The translations under genes were made by a program, and so were the position numbers. The notes beneath the pieces were generated by a model, which did not search any database, was not told where the DNA came from, and saw nothing but the letters and a program-made list of their open reading frames with translations. From Plasmodiophora brassicae (lineage: Eukaryota), in NCBI GenBank assembly GCA_036867785.1, contig CP145419.1, positions 62,001-126,000 on the forward strand: DNA of 64,000 nucleotides, given 5' to 3'. How positions within the stretch are numbered: position 1 is the stretch's first letter; every line of letters starts with the position of its first letter. Shown here one piece after another: positions 47,505 to 56,435 of this stretch.

Positions 47505-50500
47505 ATGGGCGCCCACGTGCGACGGAGTTGGTCGTCCCGCCTCGTTCGTCTGCGTTGGGTCGCGACGCGGCCCGGGCCCAGCGACGGGCCGCCCGCCCTG
47601 ATCGACTTCTTCCGGCGCCCGTCGATCCATGTCGCCATGCGCATCCTCGAGCAGGAGGACAGCGCCGACCGGGGTTGGGCCGTCTTCCGCCACGTCATCG
47701 ATTGCCGCCTGCGGCCCCGCGTCCCCTTCTTCCATCGCGTCCTGCAATTCTGCCGACGAACGGCACCTGGCAAGGCGCCCGACGTGATCCGCGCCGCTAT
47801 CGAGCAGGGCGTCCCGGTGGACGGCCCTGCCTTCTGCTCCTACCTCGGGTGCTGTCGACGTGCGGGGCGACGCGCCCTGCTCGACGACGCCCTGGCGCTG
47901 TATCGCCAGGTGGGCCCGCCTGCCCATAACGTCATCTGCACCCTGGCGGGTTTGTGTCGCGATCACGGGCGGCCGGCGTCGGCCTTGTTCCTCGTGGAGG
48001 ATGCCCTCCGGCAGGCGGTGGAGTTCACCGACGTGCTCTTGTCCGTCCTGGCCGCCTGCTGTGCGGAATCCGGCTGTACGGCCGGCGCCGACACGGCCGA
48101 ACGCCTCCTCGGCCTGGTCGCCTGCCGTCGCATCCCGGCCCATCGCAACCAGCAGACGTTCGGCAACCTCGTCAAGGCCCTGGTTGCGCAGGGGCGCTGC
48201 GTCCAGGCCGCCGCCGTTCTCCCGGTGATGGACTCGGTCCGGCTCGTCCCCGACCAGCACGTTTACGCGCTGGTCATCGGTGGGCTGGCCAGGCAGGGGA
48301 CGACCGCTGGCATTGGCCGGGCGCTCGCTGTGTTCCGGTCCATGACCGCCCGCGGCATCGACTTGCACGCTCCCGTGCTCCTGACGCTCGTCGCCGCCTG
48401 CGGGCACTGCTCGTGCGTCGGCGCCCTGGACGAGGTGGGCCGGGTCGCGACCGCCCACCCCGGCGTCTGGCACGACGACGTCTACCTCGTCAATGCCTTC
48501 CTGGCCGCGTACCACCGGTGCGGGCGCGCCGATGTCGCCGATGCCCTGTTCCGGCGGGTGCCGGCTCCCGACGCGACCACGTGCAACACGATGGTCAGCG
48601 CGTACGCCAAGGTCGGGCGCGTCGCTGACGCCCTGGACCTGGTCCGGTCGATGCGGTCCCGGGCGATGCGGGTGCACGCGCGCGTGTTCGCCAGTCTCGT
48701 CGCCGCCGCCGCCGCCTGCGCCCACGGCTCGTCGCTCGACTCGCTCCACGCCCTGCATCGATACGCCCTGGACGCCGCCGACGGGTCCCTGCTGGACCAC
48801 GCGTTCGTCGTCAGCGCGTTCGCGGCCGCGTTCGGCCGCTGCCTCGACGAGGCGTCGCTGCGGCAGGTGCACCGGCACGCGTCGGCACGGCCGCATCTCG
48901 TGGGCGACCCGAGCGTGACCAGCGCCCTGATCGCCGCCTACGGCCAGTGCGGCGACGCCGACAGCGCCGAGCGCGTCTTCAGCCGGTCCACGTTGCCGTA
49001 CGTGGACCCGTCGGCGTTCGCCAGCGTCGTCGCCGCGTACGGGCGCCTGGCGCGCCTGCCCGACCTTCGCCGGCTGCACCTGTACGCCCGGCGCGAGTCG
49101 CTCCTGCCGAACGTGTTCGTCCTGAACGCGTTCGTGGCCGCGTTCGCGCGCTGCTCCGACCTGTCGTCCATCCGGGCGCTGCACGCGTTCGCTCGCGACG
49201 CCGACCTGCTGCTGACGCAGCCTGGCGTGCTGGGCGCCCTCGTGTCGGCGTACGGGCGGTGTGGCGACGCCGGTGGCGCCGAGCGCGTCCTCAACGCGTA
49301 CGGCAACGCGGATCCGTCGGCGTTCGCCAGCGTCGTCGCCGCGTACGGTCGCCTGGCGCGCCGGGCGGACGTCGACCGGCTGTGCCAGGAGGCGGCGCGC
49401 GCCTCCCTCCTGTCGGACGCCCACGTCGTCAGCGCCCTGGTGGTCGCCCACGCGCGCTGCTCCGACCTGGCCGCCGTGCGCGCCCTGCACCGCGTCGCCT
49501 CGACCCGGGCGCTCCTGGCGAACGGGCGCGTGGCCAGCGCCGTCATCGCCGCCTACGCCTTGTGCGACCGACCCGAGGCGGCCGAGCGCGCCTTCGTCCA
49601 GGCGGGAGGTGCCGACGCGCACCCGTCCGCGTTCGCGTACGTCGTCGCCGCGTACAACCGCCCGGACGACATCGACCGCCTGCATCGGTACGGCGAGCGG
49701 CACGGCCTGCTGGCGAACGGGGCCGTCGTCAGCGCGTTCGCCGGCGCCTACGGGCGCGGCGGGCAGCGTGCCGCGCTCTGGCGCCTTCGTGAGCGGGCCG
49801 CGCGCGTCCTGACCGCGCCCGGCGTCGTGAACGCGTTCGCCGCCGCGCACGCTCGTTGCGACGACTGGGCCAGCGCCGAGCGCGTCGTCGACGACGCCAG
49901 GGCGGCGGCCCAGGTCGACCCGGGCACGCACGCCGACCTGATCGCCGCCTACGCGCGCCTGGGGTGCCTGGACCGCCTCGCCCTGTACGCCGAGCGGCAC
50001 CAGGCGCTGATGTCGAACGCCGTCGTGGTCGGCGCGTTGGCGGCCGCGTTCGGCCGCTGCTCGGCGCTGTCCTCCGTTGCCGCCCTGCATCGCTTCTGCA
50101 GGTCGACCTCGATGCTGTCCGACGTCGGCGTCGTGGCCGCGTTCGTCGGCGCGTACGCGCGCTGCGCCCACCTCGACCTGGCCGAGCGCGCCTACCGCTC
50201 GCTGACGGGGACGCCGAACCCCGCCGCCGCCGCCGCCTGCAACGCCATGATCGGCGCCTACGCCCACCATGGCCTGCTGTCGGCGGCCACGGCGACGTTC
50301 GCTGAGGCGGCGGGCCTGGCGCCGGACGCGACCACGCTGCTGGCCCTGCTGAGGGCCTGCGCCAACGCCGGCGACCTGCCGGCGGCGACGTCGATCCTGT
50401 CGCAGTTCGCGTCGGCCTGGCCGCACGTCCAGGTCGACGCGCGCCACACCGCCTGCCTCGTCGCCCTGTACGGGCGGGCCGGGCGCCTGGACGAGGCGGA

Positions 50501-51143
50501 ACGCCTGGCGATCAGCGCCGGCCGCCACGCCTGGGTGGCGCTCCTGGACGCCTGCCGGCAGTGGAGCGATGTCGCGCGCGCCGAACGCGCCCTGTCGGCC
50601 CTGCTGTCGTCGCCCGTGCCGCCTGCCGACCGGCACCGGGTCCTGCCGGGCGCGTACGCTCTCATGGATCAGGTGTACGCGGCGGTGGGCCGCGGGCGCC
50701 TTCACCGGGGCGGCGCGCTGACGGACCAGGTCGCCGATCCGGATCGCGCTGCGGCAACGTCGCTGGTGCTGCCCGATCGCACCGTCCGGTTCCAGTCGAT
50801 GGATCGCCTCGCGGATGCGTCGTTGGAGCGCGCGTATCGTCGCCTGCTGCGGGACCTGACCCGGCACGGGTACGCGCCCGACCCGGCCGTCGTCACGCGC
50901 CGCCGGGGACGCCGACCAGTGCGCCTGCACAGCGAGAAGGTCGCCCTGGCGTACGCGCTGACGGTGCAGGCGGCGGGCGCCCCGATCTACGCGACGCAGC
51001 GGCACCGCGTCTGCGCCGACTGCCACGACGTGCTCCGGCGCGTCTCGTCGGTGTACGGGCGCGACGTGCACGTGCGGGACCCGGTGCGGCACCACCACTT
51101 CCGCAACGGGCAGTGCTCCTGTGCGCGTCGTCCCTGCCGATGA
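47505..51143 (+). CDS. PLS-class pentatricopeptide-repeat protein with E and DYW-type deaminase domain, intronless, ~1212 aa
   Basis: Many 31-36 aa PPR motifs; terminal P2-L2-S2-E1-E2-like block; C-terminal GYAPD...LHSEKVALAYAL...RVCADCH...GRDVHVRD..RHHHFRNGQCSC; Arg/Ser-rich N-terminus. Confidence 0.92.
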   Translation: MGAHVRRSWSSRLVRLRWVATRPGPSDGPPALIDFFRRPSIHVAMRILEQEDSADRGWAVFRHVIDCRLRPRVPFFHRVLQFCRRTAPGKAPDVIRAAIEQGVPVDGPAFCSYLGCCRRAGRRALLDDALALYRQVGPPAHNVICTLAGLCRDHGRPASALFLVEDALRQAVEFTDVLLSVLAACCAESGCTAGADTAERLLGLVACRRIPAHRNQQTFGNLVKALVAQGRCVQAAAVLPVMDSVRLVPDQHVYALVIGGLARQGTTAGIGRALAVFRSMTARGIDLHAPVLLTLVAACGHCSCVGALDEVGRVATAHPGVWHDDVYLVNAFLAAYHRCGRADVADALFRRVPAPDATTCNTMVSAYAKVGRVADALDLVRSMRSRAMRVHARVFASLVAAAAACAHGSSLDSLHALHRYALDAADGSLLDHAFVVSAFAAAFGRCLDEASLRQVHRHASARPHLVGDPSVTSALIAAYGQCGDADSAERVFSRSTLPYVDPSAFASVVAAYGRLARLPDLRRLHLYARRESLLPNVFVLNAFVAAFARCSDLSSIRALHAFARDADLLLTQPGVLGALVSAYGRCGDAGGAERVLNAYGNADPSAFASVVAAYGRLARRADVDRLCQEAARASLLSDAHVVSALVVAHARCSDLAAVRALHRVASTRALLANGRVASAVIAAYALCDRPEAAERAFVQAGGADAHPSAFAYVVAAYNRPDDIDRLHRYGERHGLLANGAVVSAFAGAYGRGGQRAALWRLRERAARVLTAPGVVNAFAAAHARCDDWASAERVVDDARAAAQVDPGTHADLIAAYARLGCLDRLALYAERHQALMSNAVVVGALAAAFGRCSALSSVAALHRFCRSTSMLSDVGVVAAFVGAYARCAHLDLAERAYRSLTGTPNPAAAAACNAMIGAYAHHGLLSAATATFAEAAGLAPDATTLLALLRACANAGDLPAATSILSQFASAWPHVQVDARHTACLVALYGRAGRLDEAERLAISAGRHAWVALLDACRQWSDVARAERALSALLSSPVPPADRHRVLPGAYALMDQVYAAVGRGRLHRGGALTDQVADPDRAAATSLVLPDRTVRFQSMDRLADASLERAYRRLLRDLTRHGYAPDPAVVTRRRGRRPVRLHSEKVALAYALTVQAAGAPIYATQRHRVCADCHDVLRRVSSVYGRDVHVRDPVRHHHFRNGQCSCARRPCR

Positions 51144-51380
51144 TGATGATGACGCGGAGCAGAATGGCACACAAACACACATATTATATATTCTATGCCC
51201 TGAACAACAAGCTCGAACAGGTTCATCAGGGGCGCGACAACGTCGCCGGGCGCCTGGCTCGTGTCGTCACGCCTGGGCGGGCGGGGGTCGTCATCACGAC
51301 CCCCGGACGTCGAGCCATCGCGCTTGACGACACAATATGTACAAGGGGGCGGGTGTTCCAGCAGCACGACGACCGACACG

Positions 51381-52529
51381 TCATGATGCGGTCGGGGAGG
51401 TTCGCGCGTGCCAGTGGTCGACGTTGCTGTCGAGGTTCTGCAGCAGGACGGACGCCTCGGGCATGACGCCGACGACGATGTCGACGAGCGGCCGGGCGAT
51501 GTTGGCGGAGAACCCGGAGACGACCGCCTCCGGGTCGCTGCTCACCCGGGACAGGAACGCGTTCGGGACGTGTCCGAGGCCGACGACGGCGTCGTGGACG
51601 CGCATCAGCTCGTCGATCAGGCACTGGGCCCAGTGGACCGACACGGCCCAGGGCCGGCACACGTTGCCGATGTCGGCGAACTTGATGAACATCTGCAGGA
51701 CCAGGGTGACGCGGGTGTCGCGCGGCACCGACGCCGCATCGCCCGTGGCGCGCCCGCCCGGGAACAGGTCGTTCCACCTGGCCAGGATCCGGTGGTGCAC
51801 CGACATGTCGGTCGCCAGGATGCACTGCCCGACCAGGTCCAGGACGCGCTGTCGATCGGCGCGTGGCAGCCGGCCCAGGATGTCGCAGTCGGGGTCGTTC
51901 AGGATGACGCGCGCGCACGCCAGGTGGTGCGTCTCGAGCGGCGACTCGCACGCCTGGTACTTGGTCGACAGGTGCGACTGGATCGACACCTGGAACGCAA
52001 AGTCGGTGCCCGGGTGCTCCAGGTCGTGGCAGATGGCGGCGACGACAAGCGCCAGCGCCTCGACGGGCGTCAGCGACGCCGCCCGCTGCCCGCCCAGCAC
52101 CAGCAGCATGTAGCAGAACTGTGTCACGTCGAACGCATGCCGGAACGAATGGTACGGGTTCAGGTACTTGGCGTACCCCATGCGCACCTGGCGCAGGAAC
52201 GCCAGGGCGACGTCGCGCTGGATCGCGAACGACCGCAGCAGGTCCGAGTCGCACAGGATCCACAGCAGGCCGGCGATCATGTCCGGTTCCGACCAGGCGA
52301 ACGCGTCGAACGCGATCCGGTCGAGGTTGCCGGCGAATTCGTCAGGCGCACGGGACGACGGCGCGTCGCCGGCGCCGGCGGCCATCGCGCAGATCGCGTT
52401 GCGCCGGCCGTGCAGGTCGCGCCGCGACCGCGACGACGACGACGCCGTTGCCGACGATTCGGATCGCGACCGCAGGACGGCAAGCGGCTTGCCGTGCGAA
52501 TGGCCGCCGTCGACAACGATAACGGCCAT
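51381..52529 (-). CDS. Class I 3',5'-cyclic nucleotide phosphodiesterase (catalytic domain only), intronless
   Basis: NPYHSFRHAFDV, AAICHDLEHPG, LETHH, ILATDMSVH, IKFADIGNVCRPW. Confidence 0.92.
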   Translation of the reverse strand: MAVIVVDGGHSHGKPLAVLRSRSESSATASSSSRSRRDLHGRRNAICAMAAGAGDAPSSRAPDEFAGNLDRIAFDAFAWSEPDMIAGLLWILCDSDLLRSFAIQRDVALAFLRQVRMGYAKYLNPYHSFRHAFDVTQFCYMLLVLGGQRAASLTPVEALALVVAAICHDLEHPGTDFAFQVSIQSHLSTKYQACESPLETHHLACARVILNDPDCDILGRLPRADRQRVLDLVGQCILATDMSVHHRILARWNDLFPGGRATGDAASVPRDTRVTLVLQMFIKFADIGNVCRPWAVSVHWAQCLIDELMRVHDAVVGLGHVPNAFLSRVSSDPEAVVSGFSANIARPLVDIVVGVMPEASVLLQNLDSNVDHWHARTSPTAS

Positions 52530-53005
52530 CGGCGGCGACGACGGTCGGTCCGCCAGGTCCGATATGGCGCCGTGCGGAGACACACAGCGCACTGACGGTC
52601 GTTGTTGGTGTGTCCGACGACTGCCGCCCGACCGACGCGCAGCCCGCGTCCGCAAACGGGCTCCTATTTTCGGACCCACGGGCCCCGCGGCCGAAGTCCG
52701 GCGAACCGTCGGTCGCGCACTCCTCGTATGGGGCTGCAGTCAGTGGGACCCAGTTGCGGCACTGCAGCGAGCAGTTTCGCGGACGGCGGATCGGTGGGGC
52801 ACCCTCCGCGGGCGTCCTGCCTGCCCCACCAAAAAAGGACGATCGTAGCTGCGAACGCGCTGCAGAAATATGTGCCTTACCAGTTCACGTGTGCGCAGTG
52901 ATTGTGGCGTCCAGTGGACCTGCTTGCGCTGCGCAGTCCGACCAGGCGACCACGGCGTTCCCCGCTATTACCTCTCTACCTTCTACTGCCTTCTGCCGCT
53001 CAGCG

Positions 53006-53512
53006 ATGTCGCCCGCCGCCGCCGCCGTGTCTGTGGCCGTGCTCGCTCTGGCCGTTTCGGCGGTGACGGAACAGCGGACGATTCGATTCGGGTCCGTGCC
53101 GGACGCTGTCAGCCCAACGATGAGTCGGCCCCACGTGGTGCGTTGGGTAACGGCTCTCGGCGGTAGGCGTGCTCCGGGGACGGTCGGCCCACCCGGGTTC
53201 AACCGTGCGCTTTCCGCGAGGACGCGCGCGGTCCCCATGCAACGGCAGATACGTCAACCGATGCGATCCGAGCAGGGCAGTCTCGAGAGCGCCACCGTCA
53301 TCGTCGACGTGGTTTCGGACGATGTGAACGCGGACCCGACGTCCTGTCAAGCACCGGCCGGCAACCTGGACGCGAACGGCGACCCGTTAACGGCGGCAAC
53401 GACCACGTCTATGGCCAGCGTCGATGGACCGCAACTGGATGCCAACGGTAACCAGGTGATCTACACCGAACAGGTCGGGCCACATTTCACAGACATTCTG
53501 GTACTGCGATAG
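53006..53512 (+). CDS. Small putative secreted protein (3' end may be spliced further)
   Basis: N-terminal MSPAAAAVSVAVLALAVSA looks like a signal peptide; LDANG occurs twice. Confidence 0.5.
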   Translation: MSPAAAAVSVAVLALAVSAVTEQRTIRFGSVPDAVSPTMSRPHVVRWVTALGGRRAPGTVGPPGFNRALSARTRAVPMQRQIRQPMRSEQGSLESATVIVDVVSDDVNADPTSCQAPAGNLDANGDPLTAATTTSMASVDGPQLDANGNQVIYTEQVGPHFTDILVLR

Positions 53513-53547
53513 GCCAGGCCGACTGCACGATACACAGTAGCGTTCAT

Positions 53548-54523
53548 TTACCGCCCAATGGCAACACGTAGGTCGGGACGCAAGACGCACAGGTTGTTGA
53601 GCTCCGTCAGCAGGCGTGCGCTGGTCTTTGTCGCTTTGATTCGGTAGATACCTGCGAGGTCAACGCCCCGGGTCAGGTACGTGCAATACGTACTGTCGGG
53701 GGCGCCAAGTTCGTACTGTCTACAGGGGCCTCCGCCCGACCGATGCCGCATCGCTGGAGCTCCTCCAATGTGAACGCAGCAAAGACCATGTATTGCTGCT
53801 GCTGCTGCCTGCGGCCCACAATGTTCAGCGTGCACGATTCCGGGCGCGCAAACCAACGGTGGCGAACCAACACAGGAGTGGCTGCGAGCTGTGCACGCAG
53901 CTGGTCGCGGTCTGCCTCACGCGCCGCAAGACAGAATAGGGTAGGGCGCGTATCCTGGGCGTCCGCCAGCACCGGCCACGATCCCATCGACAGGAGCAAC
54001 TTCACGCATGCTTGTCGTATTTCATCTGCCAGAACCTGTGCGGCATCTGCCCGCTGACCGGGACGGAACGCTGCCCAAGGTCGCACGTCAGGCACCCAGC
54101 AATCGGTGGAACGGCCAGCAGCACGTGCGCACACTGTTTGATCTTGGCTGCCAGCACGGAGGGCAGGGCGAACGCGTACGACCCTTTGCCATGGCGACGT
54201 CGCATACCATCAGGCACCGTGACACTGCCGCCCTGCGGCGCCCGACTCGGCACGGCGCTGAACGCGATCAGGAAGGCGCGCGGGAACCGCCTCCGCGTCA
54301 CCGTGCACCGTCGGACCGGCGTGGTCATCGGCGACAGCACGGCTGACAGCGCGAACGTGAGGCACAGGCGGGGCGGACCCGACCAGCGGCACCTACCAGC
54401 CTCATTCGGGTACAGCAATCGTTTCGTGTACGCGTCGATGACCTCGTCTGCGTATGTCGATAGGGCTCTCCTGCAGATGCTGATGCTGCTGCTGTTGGGC
54501 AGCGACGCCCAGCGCTGCAGCAT
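53548..54523 (-). CDS. Hypothetical multi-exon protein
   Basis: Overlapping minus-strand ORFs with protein-like segments (ALSTYADEVIDAYTKRLLYP; QVLADEIRQACVKLLL) and intron-like gaps. Confidence 0.45.
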
Positions 54524-54599
54524 GCGCAGTCGCGCAGTTGCAGTTCCGCAGTCGTACCTGTTACTGGTGGAGCTACGGCCAACGCGGGCACTGTTTTAT

Positions 54600-55349
54600 T
54601 CAGACGCACCCGCAGCAGAGGCAGGACGCCGGGTCGCCGCTGAAGATGGGGTTATATCCGAAAAGCTGGCGGAAGGCGTCGGCCCAGGCCAGCTGGACGA
54701 CGGGCAGGGCGACGAGGCCGCCGACGCCGAACCACAGGCTGCCGGCGAGGAGGATCAGCAAGGAGAGGGCCGCCAAGACGACGATGCTCCAGACGACGTG
54801 CCGTGACGTCCGGTACGACACGGCCATGCTGTCGAGGACGTTGATCCCATGGTTGTGGTACTCGATGAAGACCATCGGCGCGAAACTCAGCGTGGCCATG
54901 GCGTAGATGCCGGGCAGGACGAGCAACGCCAGGCCGACGACGGTCAGCAACCTGACGAGGAGCGTGATGACGATGATGGGGAAGAAGTACATGACCGGCG
55001 TGAACAGGAAGCTTCCGACATCGAACTCCCAGTCGTTGTCGCGGGATGTGTTCGCGGCGACGATAAACGGGGCGTACTGGAACGGCACCGATAGCAGCAG
55101 CAGCACAGGGGCTGCCAGCAGGACCTTTGCCGACTCGGCGAAGTACGCCAGTACCGCGACGTTCTGGAGGATAATGTAGATGAGCGCCCAGAACATGTAC
55201 GCCCAAGGGTGCTGCTCGAACATGGCCCAGCCGGCGCGAACGGCACCCTTCACGTCCAGCTTGGGTTCGCCGGTCGGATGCAGCAGACGCCCGACGACAT
55301 CGTCCAGCGCATGGTTGGAGCCAAGCAACGCCTGCGACTCGGTCGCCAT
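54600..55349 (-). CDS. Integral membrane protein (about 4-5 TM) with Cys-rich C-terminus, intronless
   Basis: Hydrophobic helices; GLALLVLPGIY...SFAP...DSMAVSYR...G.LVALPV pattern; ends CLCCGCV. Confidence 0.75.
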   Translation of the reverse strand: MATESQALLGSNHALDDVVGRLLHPTGEPKLDVKGAVRAGWAMFEQHPWAYMFWALIYIILQNVAVLAYFAESAKVLLAAPVLLLLSVPFQYAPFIVAANTSRDNDWEFDVGSFLFTPVMYFFPIIVITLLVRLLTVVGLALLVLPGIYAMATLSFAPMVFIEYHNHGINVLDSMAVSYRTSRHVVWSIVVLAALSLLILLAGSLWFGVGGLVALPVVQLAWADAFRQLFGYNPIFSGDPASCLCCGCV

Positions 55350-55585
55350 AGGGAGTGCCAGCAGTGAGGGGGTCCCGCCGCCGACGCCTCAGCCCAATCG
55401 GCGGTGTGGCAGCGCTCGGGCGCCGACACGTTCGCTGGGCCGCGCTGCCCGACATGTTTGTCCCGACACAGGTTCACGCGAGCGTTTGGTAATGCTGGCG
55501 AAACGGTGTCGCGCGCCGCCGGCTTACCGGTCAGGCGTACGTACGATCGACGACAGCGTACGATCGAGGATAGGCGACGCGGTCG

Positions 55586-56371
55586 ATGATGCCGGACGAC
55601 GGTCTGTCCATGTTCCTGTCGTTCTCGCACGACGACCTGGACCTGGCGCAGGGCCTGCACCGGGCCCTGCAGGCGGGCCGCGGCCAGGTCTGGGCCGACT
55701 GGGAGACGGTCGCCGCCACCGCCGCCTGGACCGACGAGATCCACCGCGCCGTCGCCCGCGCCGACCTGTTCGTCGCCCTGATCAGCCCCGAGTACCTGCT
55801 GAACGCCAGCTGCCAGGAGGAGATCGCCCTGGCCGCCCACCACCGCAAACGCGTCCTGGCGTTCTGCACGAAATCCCTGCCTCGGGACTGCCTGCCCGCC
55901 GGCATCGCCGACGCCGACATTGCCGTCCTGAAGCCGCCCCGCGCCGACGCCGACCTGCACGACGCCGTCTGGGGCGTCCTGGGCGCCGTCGAATGCGCCG
56001 ACGGCGACGCGATCCGGTCGCACACGCGCCTCCTGCTGGCCGCCCTGCAATGGGACAGGGACGGGCGCCCGCGCTGGCGCCTGCCGGACGCGCCGTCGGC
56101 CACAGAGCGCCGGTCGCGATGCAACCTGTCCGACCTGCAGGTCGCGTTCCTCGACGAATCCGACCGGGCGCGCCAGGGCCGGCGCGCGCGCGCCGCCCTC
56201 TGCGCCGTCGTCGCCCTCGTCGCCCTCGTCGGCATGGTCGCGGCCCCCGTCCCGATCGTCGTCTACCTGACCGTGATCGTCCCCGTCAGCCAGGCGCCGC
56301 TGCTGCTGCCCTTCCTGCGTCGTCGCCGGCGAGCGCCAGCGACAACGCTGACGTACGCGACGCCGACATGA
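55586..56371 (+). CDS. TIR-domain (TIR_2, bacterial type) protein with C-terminal hydrophobic anchor, intronless
   Basis: MFLSFSHDD, VWADWE, WTDEIHRAVARADLFVALISPEYL..ASCQEEIALA...KRV; C-terminal ALCAVVALVALVGMVAAPVPIVVYLTVIVPV. Confidence 0.88.
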   Translation: MMPDDGLSMFLSFSHDDLDLAQGLHRALQAGRGQVWADWETVAATAAWTDEIHRAVARADLFVALISPEYLLNASCQEEIALAAHHRKRVLAFCTKSLPRDCLPAGIADADIAVLKPPRADADLHDAVWGVLGAVECADGDAIRSHTRLLLAALQWDRDGRPRWRLPDAPSATERRSRCNLSDLQVAFLDESDRARQGRRARAALCAVVALVALVGMVAAPVPIVVYLTVIVPVSQAPLLLPFLRRRRRAPATTLTYATPT

Positions 56372-56435
56372 TGACGTACACACGACGACATAGCGCTATG
56401 AGATGTTGTTGTATGTGCGCGTGCGGGTACGGTTA

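Noticed and set aside
47496-51182. 1228 aa antisense ORF overlapping the PPR gene
   Set aside because: Shadow frame produced by GC-rich codon bias on the opposite strand; no motifs.
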